Made by a program: the position numbers and the translations under genes
Shown here: one piece after another, positions 47,049 to 59,355 of the stretch
How positions within the stretch are numbered: position 1 is the stretch's first letter
Layout of the letters: each line of letters opens with the position of its first letter
NCBI GenBank assembly: GCA_026416665.1
Contig: JAOAET010000015.1
Span: forward strand, 4,433-68,432
Direction: 5' to 3'
Length of the DNA: 64,000 bases
Origin: Candidatus Omnitrophota bacterium
GTDB lineage: Bacteria; Omnitrophota; Gorgyraeia; Gygaellales; Profunditerraquicolaceae
Notes under the pieces: model-generated
Seen by the model: only the letters and a program-made list of their open reading frames with translations
Databases searched by the model: none
What the model was told of the DNA's origin: nothing

Positions 47049-48040
47049 TACTTTACCATCCAAGGCATCATCTGTCGTAATTGTTTTCCTACTTGCTCAA
47101 TTAGATGATTGTCTGCCTCTGCCAGCAGTCTATTAAAATTGGGTCTTCCTGCCTCATTTTCTTTTATCCACTCACGAGCAAACTTTCCTGAACGAATTTC
47201 TTTAAGTATTTTTTTCATCTCTTTACGCGTTCGCTGGGTAATAATCCGTGGACCACGGGTAAGGTCTCCATAACAAGCAGTATTAGAAACACTGCGTCGC
47301 ATTCCAGATATTCCTTTTTCCTGAATTAAGTCAGTAATCAGTTTTAATTCATGTAAAACTTCAAAGTAAGCAATTTCTGGTTGATAGCCGGCCTCTACTA
47401 AGGTATCAAAACCTGCTTTGATAAGCTCACTTACTCCACCGCAAAGCACTGCCTGTTCACCAAAAAGGTCAGTCTCAGTCTCTTCAGCAAAGGTGGTCTG
47501 AATAACACCTGCTTTTGTTGCCTTCAATGCCTTGGCATACGCAAGTGCAAGTTGAAGTGCTTCGCCGGTTGCATCCTGAAAAACTGCTACTAAACAGGGA
47601 ACACCTTTATCCTCTTCATACATCTTACGCACTAAAGCACCTGGACCTTTAGGTGCAACCATAAACACATCCACATTTCTCGGCGGTTTTATCTGTTTGT
47701 AACGGATATTAAAACCATGAGAGAAACAGAGTGCCTTTCCTTTTCTAAGATTGGGCTTAATTGCCTCCTGATAAACCTTTGCTTGCACATGGTCTTGGGT
47801 TAGTATTTGAATAATGTCAGCTGTCTGTGCTGCCTCAGAAGCGCTCAGTGGCACAAAACCATCCTGTTTTGCCTTCTCAAAATTAGGAGAATTTTCAATT
47901 TCAGAAACAACAACGTGCACTCCTGAATCACGTAAACATAATGACTGCCCCCGTCCCTGAATACCATAACCAATAATTGCTACGGTTTTATCTTTTAATA
48001 AATCAAGATTTGCATCTTTATCGTAATAAATTTTTGCCAT
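47048..48040 (-). CDS. ilvC: Ketol-acid reductoisomerase
   Basis: [28 protein letters not shown]. Confidence 0.97.
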   Translation of the reverse strand: MAKIYYDKDANLDLLKDKTVAIIGYGIQGRGQSLCLRDSGVHVVVSEIENSPNFEKAKQDGFVPLSASEAAQTADIIQILTQDHVQAKVYQEAIKPNLRKGKALCFSHGFNIRYKQIKPPRNVDVFMVAPKGPGALVRKMYEEDKGVPCLVAVFQDATGEALQLALAYAKALKATKAGVIQTTFAEETETDLFGEQAVLCGGVSELIKAGFDTLVEAGYQPEIAYFEVLHELKLITDLIQEKGISGMRRSVSNTACYGDLTRGPRIITQRTRKEMKKILKEIRSGKFAREWIKENEAGRPNFNRLLAEADNHLIEQVGKQLRQMMPWMVK

Positions 48041-48086
48041 TTTACCTCCTTTTTCAGTGGTCTTGCGTAAGCTATATCTATTGTTT

Positions 48087-48560
48087 TTAGTATGCTATTG
48101 CTAGACGGCCTGTTCTAACCAATTCTTTTATACCAAAAGTACTTAAAGCCTCAAGCAACTTCTTTATTTGTTCTTGATCTCCAACTGCTTCAATAATGGC
48201 TATATCGTTTTTACATTGAATAATCTTACCAACAAACCGCTCAAGGGTTCGTTCTAACTTTGGTTTATCTCTCGTAGAGCAAACAACCTTAGCAATAATC
48301 ATCTCACGATCAATGTGTTCTTTCTTTGTGAAATCCGTTACTGTAATAACATCAATTAGCTTATTCAACTGTTTCTTTATCTGTTCTAAAACTGCCTCGT
48401 CCTTTGCTTCAACAACAATTGTCATATAGGAAATAGTTGGGTCTAGCGTCTCGCTAACTGCTAATGAAGCAATATTATAACCTCTTGCCGAGAAAAGACC
48501 AGCAATACGCGCAAGTACACCAAACTTGTTTTCTACTACTAAAGATAATGTGTGTCGCAT
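48087..48560 (-). CDS. ilvN: Acetolactate synthase regulatory subunit
   Basis: [30 protein letters not shown]. Confidence 0.95.
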   Translation of the reverse strand: MRHTLSLVVENKFGVLARIAGLFSARGYNIASLAVSETLDPTISYMTIVVEAKDEAVLEQIKKQLNKLIDVITVTDFTKKEHIDREMIIAKVVCSTRDKPKLERTLERFVGKIIQCKNDIAIIEAVGDQEQIKKLLEALSTFGIKELVRTGRLAIAY

Positions 48561-48600
48561 CTTTGTAAAATAACTACTGATAATTTTCTTCCTATAAAAT

Positions 48601-50265
48601 TTAAGCTAACCCTTCAATCATACGATTGAGCGCCTCTCCTGCAGGAACCATTGGGAAAACATTCTCCTCAGATTCAATATGAAAATCTATGAACACAACA
48701 GTATCTGCTTTGATTGCCTGCTCAATTGCTGGACGAACTTCCTCTTTAGCAGTTACGCGTATGCCCATACCTCCATAACTCTCTACAAGGCGCACAAAAT
48801 CAGGGTTATACAAACAAGTATAAGAGTAACGACGTTTATAAAACAACTCCTGCCACTGACGAACCATCCCCAAATAGCCGTTATTTAAAATAAGCACTTT
48901 CACCGGTATCTTATTGCAGACACAGGTAGCAATTTCTTGTATGTTCATCTGGATTGAACCATCTCCAGCAATATCAAAAACAAGTTTATCGGGTCTTCCT
49001 ACTTTTGCACCAATAGCTGCCGGAAAACCAAATCCCATTGTTCCCAAACCACCTGAAGAAATAAAGGTGCGAGGCTGAGTATAACGAAACCACTGAGCAG
49101 CCCACATCTGATTCTGTCCTACCTCTGTAGTAATAATTGCATCTCCACCGGTTATTTCATAAAGTTGCTCTATTATATATTGAGGGCTTAGTTTATTCTT
49201 CCACTGGTATTTTAATGGATATTTTTTCTTTAGATACTCTATATGCTTCAACCAATCCTTTGTGTCTGGCTTTTTATCTACTCCTTCTAACAGCTGCCCC
49301 AAAACATTTTTCACATCGCCTACAATGGGAACATCTACCTTTACATTTTTACTAATGGAAGAAGGGTCTATGTCTATATGTATCTTTTTTGCATTTGGGG
49401 CAAAGGCATCTACCTTCCCAGTTACACGATCATCAAAACGCGCTCCTATGGCAATAATCAAGTCTGACTCCATAATCGCATGATTAGCGTAAGCTGTCCC
49501 ATGCATTCCAAGCATTCCCAAAAACAACTCATCTGTCCCAGGAAAACACCCCAAACCCATTAAGGTAACTGTTACAGGTATCTGTAATTGTCTGGCAAAA
49601 TCTGTTAACAGAAAACTTGCACCTGCAGAAATTACCCCACCACCTGCATATATTATTGGGCGTTTTGCACTTTCAATAAGCTTCAATGCTTTTTTAATCT
49701 GCCCTGGATGGCCATAAAGCGTGGGATGATAACCTCGTAATTCAACTTTTTCGGGCCAAATAAACTCTGCTTCCTTCTTCTGCACATCTGAAGGAAGATC
49801 AATCAATACTGGCCCTGGTCTTCCACTTGAAGCAATATAAAAAGCCTCCCTAACAATACGTGCTAAATCTCGTGTATCTTTTACCAGATAATTGTGTTTT
49901 GTAATGGGACGGGTAATACCAGTTACATCTGCCTCCTGAAAGGCATCATTTCCAATAAGCGTAGTAGGCACTTGACCAGTAATTGCCACCAGCGGACTTG
50001 AGTCCATAAAGGCATTGGCAATACCTGTTACCAAATTCGTTGCTCCTGGGCCAGAAGTGGCAATACAGACACCTACTTTACCCGTTGCACGCGCATAACC
50101 TTCAGCAGCATGCGCAGCTGCCTGTTCATGTCTGGTCAGTATAAAGCGGATGGAACAGTCATAAAGTTTATCAAAAGTAGGAAGAATTTGTCCGCCCGGA
50201 TAACCGAACATTACCTCTACCCCTTCACGTTTTAAACATTCTATTAGTATTTCTGCTCCAGTCAT
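48601..50265 (-). CDS. ilvB: Acetolactate synthase catalytic subunit
   Basis: FGYPGG, RHEQ, TSGPGATN, GDGSIQMN, MVRQWQ. Confidence 0.97.
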   Translation of the reverse strand: MTGAEILIECLKREGVEVMFGYPGGQILPTFDKLYDCSIRFILTRHEQAAAHAAEGYARATGKVGVCIATSGPGATNLVTGIANAFMDSSPLVAITGQVPTTLIGNDAFQEADVTGITRPITKHNYLVKDTRDLARIVREAFYIASSGRPGPVLIDLPSDVQKKEAEFIWPEKVELRGYHPTLYGHPGQIKKALKLIESAKRPIIYAGGGVISAGASFLLTDFARQLQIPVTVTLMGLGCFPGTDELFLGMLGMHGTAYANHAIMESDLIIAIGARFDDRVTGKVDAFAPNAKKIHIDIDPSSISKNVKVDVPIVGDVKNVLGQLLEGVDKKPDTKDWLKHIEYLKKKYPLKYQWKNKLSPQYIIEQLYEITGGDAIITTEVGQNQMWAAQWFRYTQPRTFISSGGLGTMGFGFPAAIGAKVGRPDKLVFDIAGDGSIQMNIQEIATCVCNKIPVKVLILNNGYLGMVRQWQELFYKRRYSYTCLYNPDFVRLVESYGGMGIRVTAKEEVRPAIEQAIKADTVVFIDFHIESEENVFPMVPAGEALNRMIEGLA

Positions 50266-50321
50266 AATTATTTGATTGTTTAAATTACTTTACATTCCTC
50301 AAAATCAATCAGATTAACAAA

Positions 50322-51974
50322 TTAACTAAGTATTGCGCCTTTATCTGCGGAAGACACAAGTCGTGCATAACGAGCAAGATAACCAGTAGTAACTTTGGGA
50401 GCGGTTGGCTTCCACTTTTTAAAACGTCTCTTTATTTCGGTTGGACTTAACGCCACCTCTAACTTCCGTTCAGGTATATCAATATTTATTGTATCACCAT
50501 CTTTAAGAATTGCAATTGGTCCTTTAGCTGCCGCCTCTGGAGATACATGTCCGATACAAGGACCACTGGTTCCTCCAGAAAAACGCCCATCAGTAATAAG
50601 CGCAACTGAATCTGCTAATCCCATCCCCACAATAGCAGAAGTAGGTGCAAGCATCTCCCGCATACCCGGACCACCTGCGGGTCCTTCATAACGAATTACA
50701 ATTACCTGACCTTTGTCAATTTTACCTGCCATTATAGCCGCCATTGCCTCTTCTTCCCGATTAAATACGCGGGCTTTCCCTGTAAAACGCATCATCTTAG
50801 GGTTGACTGCAGACTGTTTTACCACTGCACCATGAGGAGCTAAATTCCCAAATAAAACAGCTATTCCTCCTTCCCAATGGTAAGGACGGGTCAACGGACG
50901 AATTACTTCCTCATCATAAATTTCTGCCTCATTTGCAATCTCTAAAATCTTCTTTCCACTTAGAGTCATACAATTATTAAGATAGCCTTTTAACCGTTTA
51001 AGAACAGCAGGGATTCCACCTGCATACTCAACATCCTCCATCTGATTTGTTCCTGCTGGCTCAATAAGGGCAATATGGTGAACATGACGAGAAATTTCAT
51101 CAAATTTTTTTAAAGAAAGTTTCACCCCTGCCTCATGGGCAATAGCCATTAAATGCAGCACAGTATTTGTTGAACCACCTAATGCCATATCAACAGTAAT
51201 AGCATTCTCAATTGCCTCTTCAGTAACTATACTACGTGGGGTAATATTTTTTCTTACCAGCTCTACTATTCGCTCACCACTTGCCTGAGCAATACGCCGT
51301 TTTTTCGCAGAAACTGCTAACGCAGTTGCACACCCTGGCAAAGATAATCCCAAGGACTCAGTAATGCAAGCCATTGTATTTGCAGTATACAATCCCTGAC
51401 AAGAACCAGCACCAGGACATGCCTCTATCTCCAAACAGGCCAGTTCTGCTTCTGAGATTTCACCTTTTTTTGCCCGGGCTAATGCCTCAAAGGTATCATG
51501 CACAAATGCAAGTTTTCGCTTACGATATCTACCCGACATCATTGGACCGGCAGTCACAATAATAGTAGGAATATTTATACGTAATGCGCCCATTATCATC
51601 CCTGGTGTAATCTTATCGCAATTAGTTAAACAAACTAGGCCATCCAACTGGTGTGCATTACAAATTGTCTCAATAGAATCTGCTATCAATTCACGAGAAG
51701 CTAAGGGATAACACATACCTAAATGCCCCATAGCAATCCCGTCACAAATACCTGGTATACCGAAGAAAAACGGAACACCTCCAGCGTAACAGATCCCGCG
51801 TTCAATAAAACGTTCTAAATCACGCATACCAATATGTCCAGGTATAAGGTCAGTAAAAGAAGTTGCTACGCCGATAAACGGTCTATCTAAATCCTTACGT
51901 GACAAACCCGTTGCATGTAACAATGCACGGTGAGGGACTCGCTCTAAACCTTTTTTTATCGCATCTGATCTCAT
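50322..51974 (-). CDS. ilvD: Dihydroxy-acid dehydratase
   Basis: [40 protein letters not shown]. Start at MRSD with AAGGAG RBS. Confidence 0.97.
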   Translation of the reverse strand: MRSDAIKKGLERVPHRALLHATGLSRKDLDRPFIGVATSFTDLIPGHIGMRDLERFIERGICYAGGVPFFFGIPGICDGIAMGHLGMCYPLASRELIADSIETICNAHQLDGLVCLTNCDKITPGMIMGALRINIPTIIVTAGPMMSGRYRKRKLAFVHDTFEALARAKKGEISEAELACLEIEACPGAGSCQGLYTANTMACITESLGLSLPGCATALAVSAKKRRIAQASGERIVELVRKNITPRSIVTEEAIENAITVDMALGGSTNTVLHLMAIAHEAGVKLSLKKFDEISRHVHHIALIEPAGTNQMEDVEYAGGIPAVLKRLKGYLNNCMTLSGKKILEIANEAEIYDEEVIRPLTRPYHWEGGIAVLFGNLAPHGAVVKQSAVNPKMMRFTGKARVFNREEEAMAAIMAGKIDKGQVIVIRYEGPAGGPGMREMLAPTSAIVGMGLADSVALITDGRFSGGTSGPCIGHVSPEAAAKGPIAILKDGDTINIDIPERKLEVALSPTEIKRRFKKWKPTAPKVTTGYLARYARLVSSADKGAILS

Positions 51975-52003
51975 GCGCACTCCTTTCATCAACTTAATAA
52001 TCT

Positions 52004-53329
52004 TTAATCAGCACCCTCTCCATCGTGAACAACTTCTTTAGAAGGCTTTCGTTTACGCACAATTACTCTCTTTAGCTTAACAAACTTATCCACTAATGGC
52101 TTATTATTTATGGCATTAAGTTGTTTGAAGAGGAACTCAAATTTTTTCTCAATTTCACCTGCGATTGCATCACGCACTTCTACAGGAAGAGACATAAGCT
52201 CCTTTTTAAATGGACCGAGCGCTTTTTTACGACTGCTATAGAAAAATTGTTCATCAGTTTGTCCTTCTTTACGCTCATTGGCAGCGTTGACTTTAAGCCA
52301 ATCATACATCTTTGCCTTTAATTGTGCCGGGAAGTATTTAGAGTCATAAATCATATTTTGAAACTCCGTGGCTAAATGCACTTCTGCAGTTTCAGTTTCA
52401 GGGAACTTATGAAATGCCTCTGCAGGCAAAGTAGAAGCTCCATGCTGAACTGCTCCTGCCATACCATATTCTTTCCGAGCAATTTCCGAAATGGAACGTA
52501 ACGCTTCAAAATCAAGTTTCACCTGAGCAATGCTACCATCAGGCAAAACTACTCCCCCGTGAGAAGTACCTGTCTGAATACTAATCTTTGATATACCTAC
52601 CAAACCTTTCCGTAGTGTTCCCTGAAAACCTTCCATAAAAGCTCTTAAATCCTCGGGTGTGGAATTTTTATGCCCCACTTCTCCTATCTCTCCACCAACA
52701 GAGATCATTATACCTCTAGGTTGAATCTGACGAATATAGTGGGTAAGTCGTGCACAAACTAAATAATTGTGAAACTGTTGTTTTTTAAGATTGGGTTGAG
52801 TTAAATCTACTAGCGTAGAAGAATCAATATCTATATTATAAAAATGATTTTCAATAGCATCGGAAATTAAAGCTTTTAAAGATTCTACTTCTTTATTAGG
52901 GTCTTCGGCATACTTTTTAGCATTTACTTGAAAATGGTCACCTTGAATAAAAACAGGTCCGCTGTATCCTTCTTTTACCGCAGCAGCTAATACTACCGCA
53001 GAATATTCTACTGGTGGCTGAGCAGTATATCCCATTTCGGACTTGGCAATTTCAAAGATAAAGGCAGCCGCGTCATTTCTTTTAGCTACACGGAAAATAG
53101 CTCTGGCTAAATCGTAAGTCAATGCACGTAGGTTTATGGCTGGAACGGTAAAACCGTGCCATTCTCCTCTTCCTCGTGCCATATACAACTCATGAATACT
53201 AGAAGGATATATACCCTTTTTATAAGCAATGTCTACAATTTTTTTTGCAATCTGTTTTTTTACTTTCATATCGTCACTGATTACCAAATTCATTACCAGC
53301 TTATCCATATCTAACGGTTTCCTTCCCAT
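52004..53329 (-). CDS. Class II fructose-bisphosphate aldolase family protein (long, divergent type)
   Basis: IQGDH, GEIGEVG, GTSHGG, VQHGAS. Directly downstream of pfkA. Confidence 0.8.
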   Translation of the reverse strand: MGRKPLDMDKLVMNLVISDDMKVKKQIAKKIVDIAYKKGIYPSSIHELYMARGRGEWHGFTVPAINLRALTYDLARAIFRVAKRNDAAAFIFEIAKSEMGYTAQPPVEYSAVVLAAAVKEGYSGPVFIQGDHFQVNAKKYAEDPNKEVESLKALISDAIENHFYNIDIDSSTLVDLTQPNLKKQQFHNYLVCARLTHYIRQIQPRGIMISVGGEIGEVGHKNSTPEDLRAFMEGFQGTLRKGLVGISKISIQTGTSHGGVVLPDGSIAQVKLDFEALRSISEIARKEYGMAGAVQHGASTLPAEAFHKFPETETAEVHLATEFQNMIYDSKYFPAQLKAKMYDWLKVNAANERKEGQTDEQFFYSSRKKALGPFKKELMSLPVEVRDAIAGEIEKKFEFLFKQLNAINNKPLVDKFVKLKRVIVRKRKPSKEVVHDGEGAD

Positions 53330-53410
53330 CTGTTTTTCCTCCTTTATTTACTTAAATTTTTTAAACTTTTTATAAATATTTTACTTAGTTTAAAAATTAC
53401 CTTCTTATTA

Positions 53411-54376
53411 TTAAGTTAACTTTTTGATAAGTTGTAAAAACACATCGCAGTCTACATTCTTCTTTGAAACAGCAAATTCTAAATCAACTGCAGTAAGCTG
53501 ATTGGATTGGACTCCTACTGCCTTGGCAGTCGCTCCCTGTATAAGCAACTCAACGGCATAGGCACCTAGTCGTGTAGCTAAATTGCGATCCTTTGCAGTA
53601 GGACTGCCTCCGCGCTGCACATGTCCAAGAACCGCCACCCTAGTTTCTAAACTAGTAATTTCTGTAATCTGTGCAGCTATCTTTTCTGCACTACCTGCTC
53701 CCTCTGCAACAATAATAATCCAACTAATTTTACCACGTAAATTTCCTTCAACAATATCATGACACATACGGTGTATATCATAATTACGTTCAGGGATAAT
53801 TACTTCTTCAGCACCGCTTGCCAAACCCACTTGTAACGCTATAAAACCTGAGTCCCTTCCCATTACCTCTACTACGAAAATACGTTCCATAGAAGTTACC
53901 GTATCCCGGATTTTATCGATTGCTTCAAGAGCAGTGTTCACTGCTGTATCGGCACCAATGGTCTCATCTGTTCCGTTTATGTCATTATCAATTGTGCCAG
54001 GCACGCCAATACATGGTATACCCCATTTACGAGAAAGCGCAATACCTGCTTGATAAGTGCCATTTCCACCGATAAGCACAAGTCCGTCGATACCGTATTT
54101 TTTGATAATCCCTACTGCACGTCTTTGAGTGTCTTCTTCTAGGAATTCTGGACAGCGCGCAGTTTTAAGTATCGTTCCACCGTGTGAGATAATATTTGAC
54201 ACTGAACGATGGTCAAAGACCTTCATCTCTTCATTAATTAAACCCAAGAAACCGCGAAATATACCTATTACTTCCAGGTTACAGGAAAGTGCATAACGGG
54301 TAGCTGAACGAATAGCTGCGTTCATTCCAGGGGCATCGCCACCAGAAGTTAATATACCAATTCTACGAAACGACAT
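53411..54376 (-). CDS. pfkA: ATP-dependent 6-phosphofructokinase
   Basis: TSGGDAPGMN, GGTIL, PGTIDND, VMGR, LGHVQRGG. Confidence 0.96.
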   Translation of the reverse strand: MSFRRIGILTSGGDAPGMNAAIRSATRYALSCNLEVIGIFRGFLGLINEEMKVFDHRSVSNIISHGGTILKTARCPEFLEEDTQRRAVGIIKKYGIDGLVLIGGNGTYQAGIALSRKWGIPCIGVPGTIDNDINGTDETIGADTAVNTALEAIDKIRDTVTSMERIFVVEVMGRDSGFIALQVGLASGAEEVIIPERNYDIHRMCHDIVEGNLRGKISWIIIVAEGAGSAEKIAAQITEITSLETRVAVLGHVQRGGSPTAKDRNLATRLGAYAVELLIQGATAKAVGVQSNQLTAVDLEFAVSKKNVDCDVFLQLIKKLT

Positions 54377-54407
54377 ATCTTTTTCTTCTTATTTTTATTT
54401 TTCCAAT

Positions 54408-56069
54408 TTACAAACCTTCTATCTGCATATCACGCGGATGTTCTATATTAAAAGAGTAGGTGATTTCTTTTTTCTCTTGAGGTGCAAGTTCCATCTCCCA
54501 AAGACAAACGCCTTTCTTATCCTGCCAATTCTCTTGTGTAGGTTTTTGACTCATATAAGTTATTTTTACCTTGATACGGTCATCCTCAGAGACAGGTAGT
54601 GCTTCAAATATCTTAAGTGTAACCTTTTGCTTTTTTAAATTCTGAACAGTAATTTTAAATTTAAACTCGGTTTTCTTGTTTGGAGAAGGTAATGCACCTA
54701 AAATGGTCTGTTCTATTCTCTTCTCTATCAACTGCCGCTGTATCTTTACTTGTTCATCAGCGCCTAAATATAAATTAAATTCTTCTTTTGGGGCAATAGC
54801 ATCTACCTTAGATGAACCAACAAACATATCAGATATAAAAATATTAACTTTAGCAGGCAATATATGCATATCCTCTATATTAGTAAGCGTAGCTCTAACA
54901 TACGCTAAATTATCTTTAGCAGGAAAAGACGAATAGTCAAATTTAGCTTTAAGTAGCCTGCTTATTATAGGTAAAGTAATCTCTTGCCCGTCACAAGGGA
55001 CATTAACGGGTTGGGGCAAATTATACTCTAAACTTGTGGTTTTATCTAACACAGCTGTTTCTTGTACCAAAGTATTTTCCGTATCTAATCTATCTATTTT
55101 ATCTGTTTCGAACTCTGCATATTGCGCAGATCTACTTACTCCCATTAAAGCTATTGACTTGGACTTTTCAACAGGTGGTCTGGGACGAATAATCCAACTA
55201 GAAATATCAGGCATAACCCCGCCTCTTGAAGGAACAGCTGTAGAAATAGATAATTGCACTTCCGACCAAGGCTCACCTGTAGTCTGCCGCAAAATAGCAT
55301 AACAGATAAACTCAAGCTGCTGTTTATCAAAGTCTGCCCGAGCATCATAAAGTGGTTGCCAACTAGCACCCTTTACCAAATAAGAGACAATTACTTTTGC
55401 AGTTTGTGCCTTTTTTGCTTCTACCTCAACTACGATTGAACGTTTAAGCCTCTGAGTGGGATTTTCAATATCACTGAGTTCTCTGCGTAAAACGTCTAGT
55501 TGCTCATTTAACAGACGTGTTCGTAAGTCAGAATCCATCATTGCTTGGTAGTATTCTTTGAGTCGACTGTCTAAAAATTTATATATCCCATCTAACTCTG
55601 CAGTAGTAGGGACTTTAGTAATTAAATCCCGCGGTAGTTGTGCTTGAACAAAAAAGCGTAATGAGTCAAGGAAATTTTTCTCATCGTTAAGTAACCGGCG
55701 AAAATCCTGTTCTTTTCGCTGTTGGTCTTCTAAGGAACGTATTTGTTGACGCAATTTCTGCACTTTTTCTGGGGCTGGCTGAACAAGATAATCTATTTTC
55801 TGTCGCACACCTTTTAACCACACTGCCTCAGTATCAAGTAAAGAGACTCTTAAAGAATTCTCATCAATTACAGGAACAATAGAATCAAAAACTATACTAT
55901 TATCGCCCGCATTAAGCTTTACCTGAGCTAATCTACTTACTCGTGCACAGTCTGGATACACAATTACCTTAACAATTCTTGAATCTGCTATTATTTCAGC
56001 AGCCTGACAGAAACAAGAAAATACTATCACCAATAAAACTCCGACCACCAAAAATGTTATTTTTTTCAT
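54408..56069 (-). CDS. DUF4140/DUF4139 (MuiA-like) exported protein
   Basis: Signal peptide, VIVYPDCARV, SLRV, ASWQPLYD, QTTGEPW. Confidence 0.85.
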   Translation of the reverse strand: MKKITFLVVGVLLVIVFSCFCQAAEIIADSRIVKVIVYPDCARVSRLAQVKLNAGDNSIVFDSIVPVIDENSLRVSLLDTEAVWLKGVRQKIDYLVQPAPEKVQKLRQQIRSLEDQQRKEQDFRRLLNDEKNFLDSLRFFVQAQLPRDLITKVPTTAELDGIYKFLDSRLKEYYQAMMDSDLRTRLLNEQLDVLRRELSDIENPTQRLKRSIVVEVEAKKAQTAKVIVSYLVKGASWQPLYDARADFDKQQLEFICYAILRQTTGEPWSEVQLSISTAVPSRGGVMPDISSWIIRPRPPVEKSKSIALMGVSRSAQYAEFETDKIDRLDTENTLVQETAVLDKTTSLEYNLPQPVNVPCDGQEITLPIISRLLKAKFDYSSFPAKDNLAYVRATLTNIEDMHILPAKVNIFISDMFVGSSKVDAIAPKEEFNLYLGADEQVKIQRQLIEKRIEQTILGALPSPNKKTEFKFKITVQNLKKQKVTLKIFEALPVSEDDRIKVKITYMSQKPTQENWQDKKGVCLWEMELAPQEKKEITYSFNIEHPRDMQIEGL

Positions 56070-56124
56070 TTTGTAGGTTCCTTTTAGAGGTTACTTAAGG
56101 TTAGAAAAATATTCTTTTTAAAAA

Positions 56125-57384
56125 CTAAGTGCCCATCTGCCAACTAGCTAAATATTTCTTTTGCTCTTTGGTCAATTTGTCAATACGCACACCCATTGAT
56201 GCTAATTTAAGTCGAGCTATTTCGCTATCAATTGGGTCAGGGACCTTATAAACTGCCTGTTTTAGTTTATTATGATTTTCAAGAATATACTCCACAGACA
56301 AAGCTTGATTAGAAAAAGACATATCCATCACTTGGGCAGGATGCCCCTCTGCTGCTGCTAAGTTAATAAGGCGTCCTTCACCTAAAAGATATATCCTTCT
56401 ACCATTAACTAAAGTGTATTCATCTGTGAAATCCCTAATTGTTTTTTTAGAACGGCTTAATCTCTCTAATGCCGGTATCTCTATCTCAGCATTAAAATGT
56501 CCAGCATTACAAACAATGGCACCATCTTTCATCAACAAAAAGTGCTCTTTACGGATAACATTAAGATTGCCTGTAACGGTGATAAATATATCACCTCGCC
56601 TTGCTGCCTCTTTTATAGGCATAACTTGAAAGCCGTCCATAACTGCTTCCAATGCCGATAATGGTGACGTCTCAACTACAATAACATTTGCCCCCATACC
56701 TTGGGCACGTTTGGCTACACCTTTACCACACCAACCATAACCACAAACCACCACTACTGAACCAGCAAGGAGTTTGTTAGTAGCCCTGATAATCCCATCT
56801 ATGGTTGACTGGCCTGTTCCATAGCGATTATCGAACATATGTTTAGTTAAGGCATCATTGACTGCAATAATTGGATAAAGTAATCTCTTCTGTTGCGCAA
56901 GTGCCTTCAATCTTATGACACCTGTGGTAGTTTCTTCAGTTCCACCCAAAACATCTTTTGCCAGAAACTTTTCCGGGTGTTGATGAATCATCGACACAAG
57001 ATCAGCACCGTCATCCATAGTAATACGAGGATGAAAAGAAAGAACAGCTTCTATATGTTTATAGTAAGTTTTTGTATCTTCTCCCTTGATTGCAAAAACA
57101 GGTATACCTAAATTATGTACCAGAGAAGCGGCAACATCATCTTGAGTAGAAAGAGGATTAGAAGCGCAAAGAACCACATTTGCTCCACCTGCTTTTAAGA
57201 CTTCCATTAAAACTGCTGTCTCTGTGGTCACATGAAGGCAGGCAGCAATATTCACTCCTTTTAAAGGACGCTCTTTTTTAAAACGACCATACACCATCCT
57301 TAAAACAGGCATATTATTTCGCGCCCATTCTATTCTTAAAGCCCCTTTTTTGGCTAGATTTAGGTCTTTAATATCGTATTTCAT
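56125..57384 (-). CDS. ahcY: Adenosylhomocysteinase
   Basis: [38 protein letters not shown]. Confidence 0.97.
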   Translation of the reverse strand: MKYDIKDLNLAKKGALRIEWARNNMPVLRMVYGRFKKERPLKGVNIAACLHVTTETAVLMEVLKAGGANVVLCASNPLSTQDDVAASLVHNLGIPVFAIKGEDTKTYYKHIEAVLSFHPRITMDDGADLVSMIHQHPEKFLAKDVLGGTEETTTGVIRLKALAQQKRLLYPIIAVNDALTKHMFDNRYGTGQSTIDGIIRATNKLLAGSVVVVCGYGWCGKGVAKRAQGMGANVIVVETSPLSALEAVMDGFQVMPIKEAARRGDIFITVTGNLNVIRKEHFLLMKDGAIVCNAGHFNAEIEIPALERLSRSKKTIRDFTDEYTLVNGRRIYLLGEGRLINLAAAEGHPAQVMDMSFSNQALSVEYILENHNKLKQAVYKVPDPIDSEIARLKLASMGVRIDKLTKEQKKYLASWQMGT

Positions 57385-57440
57385 TAATTCTCCTTTTTGT
57401 AATTTTACTTTATTTTATAGTTTAACTACTTTTCGAAAAA

Positions 57441-58607
57441 CTACATCCGTGCAGCTTGTTTTTTTAGTGTAGCTACTTTATCCGTTAGCTCCCAAGTAAA
57501 TTCTGGTTCTGTCCTACCAAAATGTCCAAAACAGGCAGTCTTACGGTATATTGGACGAAGAAGGTCTAATGACTTGATAATCCCTCTGGGAGTTAATTCA
57601 AAATTTTCCCGAATAAGTTTGATTATCTTATCATCTGAAATTTTTCCTGTTCCAAAGGTATTTACAAATATAGAAAGAGGCTCGGGATAACCAATAACAT
57701 ATGATAGCTGCACCAAAAGCTGATCAGCGACACCTGCAGCTACCAAATTCTTAGCAATGTAACGACACATATAAGCAGCTGAGCGATCTACTTTGGTAGG
57801 ATCCTTTCCAGAAAATGCACCTCCACCGTGAGGAACACTGCCACCATAGGTATCCACAATAATCTTTCTTCCAGTCATCCCTGTATCTGATTGAGGACCT
57901 CCAACTACGAATTTACCTGTCTGGTTTACATAGTACTTGGTTTTTTTATCAATCAAACCCTTTAAAACAGGCTCAGCAATAACTTTAATCATCTCTTCTC
58001 TTGCCTGTTGAGTAATGTGTTCTCCGGTAGTATCTAACACATCTTCAGTATGCTGACAGGCAAGTACTACTGAATCAATCCGCTTAGGTTTACCTGCCTG
58101 ATATTCAATAGTAACCTGGGACTTACAATCTGGTCCAAGGTATTTGAGGATACTTTTCTTACGCACCTCTGCCATTCTTCTTACTAACCTATGTGCAAGC
58201 ATAATTGCAAGAGGCATAAGCTCTTCAGTTTCCCGACAAGCATAACCAAACATAATTCCTTGATCCCCTGCACCTCCTGTATCTACACCCATGGCTATAT
58301 CAGGTGACTGGGAATGAATGGTATTTACAATTGCACAGGTATGATAATCAAAACCGTATTTGGGATGGGTGTAACCTATATCACGAATAATATCCCGTGC
58401 CAATTTGTGAATATCTACATAGGCGTGGGTAGTAATCTCACCCCCAATAATCAGAAGCCCCATGGTCACATACGTCTCACAAGCCACCCTTCCCTTTGGA
58501 TCTTGTTTAAGGACCTCATCAAGCACACCATCAGAAATTTGGTCACAAACTTTATCAGGATGACCTTCACCCACTGATTCCGAGGTAAAAAAGAAGTTAT
58601 TTTTCAC
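57441..58607 (-). CDS. metK: S-adenosylmethionine synthetase
   Basis: [30 protein letters not shown] start with GGAGG RBS. Confidence 0.97.
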   Translation of the reverse strand: MKNNFFFTSESVGEGHPDKVCDQISDGVLDEVLKQDPKGRVACETYVTMGLLIIGGEITTHAYVDIHKLARDIIRDIGYTHPKYGFDYHTCAIVNTIHSQSPDIAMGVDTGGAGDQGIMFGYACRETEELMPLAIMLAHRLVRRMAEVRKKSILKYLGPDCKSQVTIEYQAGKPKRIDSVVLACQHTEDVLDTTGEHITQQAREEMIKVIAEPVLKGLIDKKTKYYVNQTGKFVVGGPQSDTGMTGRKIIVDTYGGSVPHGGGAFSGKDPTKVDRSAAYMCRYIAKNLVAAGVADQLLVQLSYVIGYPEPLSIFVNTFGTGKISDDKIIKLIRENFELTPRGIIKSLDLLRPIYRKTACFGHFGRTEPEFTWELTDKVATLKKQAARM

Positions 58608-59355
58608 CAACCCCTCCCTGTTCAAGTATTCGTCTAAGGCTTTTGTACATTTTTATTGACCCGATATCAAACCATCTTTTCTTAAATATAAAGGCATAAA
58701 CCTTACCTTTTGTAGTTAACCATTCAAGGTATGCTCCCGCATTATCAGTATGTTTTGGCATAACTTTAATATATTCATCTAATAATCTAGTTGTAGCTGA
58801 AGGGAAATAATAAAGACACATCGCAACTAAACTAGTTAAAGGACGCCTGGGCTTCTCTTGAAAGACAATAACACGATTATTATCTGCTAATTTTACTACG
58901 CCATAGTTTCGTGCTTTTGTTTTTGAACCTATATCTAAAACACCCACTGTAACAGAGCTTTTCCTTTTCGCAGCCTGAAAGACAAAATCATACAAAGGTT
59001 CTTCAAAGAAATTATCACCGCCAAGAATTAAATAATCTTGGTCATAACCAACACGTTGTAACACAAAATGCATATCACCAACAGCACCACGGCGCTGTTT
59101 AGGAGAAGTGGTCAAATCATTTATTATCTTTAGTTTTTTACAGGTAGAAGAATTATTTTTCCAGTGCTGAAACTTACTAAAAAAACAATTGTTTGTAACT
59201 ATAATAATTTCATCTAGGTTGTCTAATACTTGCAATTTCTCTATTAAATACTGAATTAATGGTTTACCATTTAAAGGTAAAAGTGGTTTAGGAAAATCCT
59301 TTGTATAAGGATACAATCTTGTGGCGTAACCAGCTGCTAGAATAAGTGCCTTCAT
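58597..59355 (-). CDS. NDP-sugar pyrophosphorylase-family nucleotidyltransferase
   Basis: [29 protein letters not shown]. Confidence 0.88.
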   Translation of the reverse strand: MKALILAAGYATRLYPYTKDFPKPLLPLNGKPLIQYLIEKLQVLDNLDEIIIVTNNCFFSKFQHWKNNSSTCKKLKIINDLTTSPKQRRGAVGDMHFVLQRVGYDQDYLILGGDNFFEEPLYDFVFQAAKRKSSVTVGVLDIGSKTKARNYGVVKLADNNRVIVFQEKPRRPLTSLVAMCLYYFPSATTRLLDEYIKVMPKHTDNAGAYLEWLTTKGKVYAFIFKKRWFDIGSIKMYKSLRRILEQGGVGEK

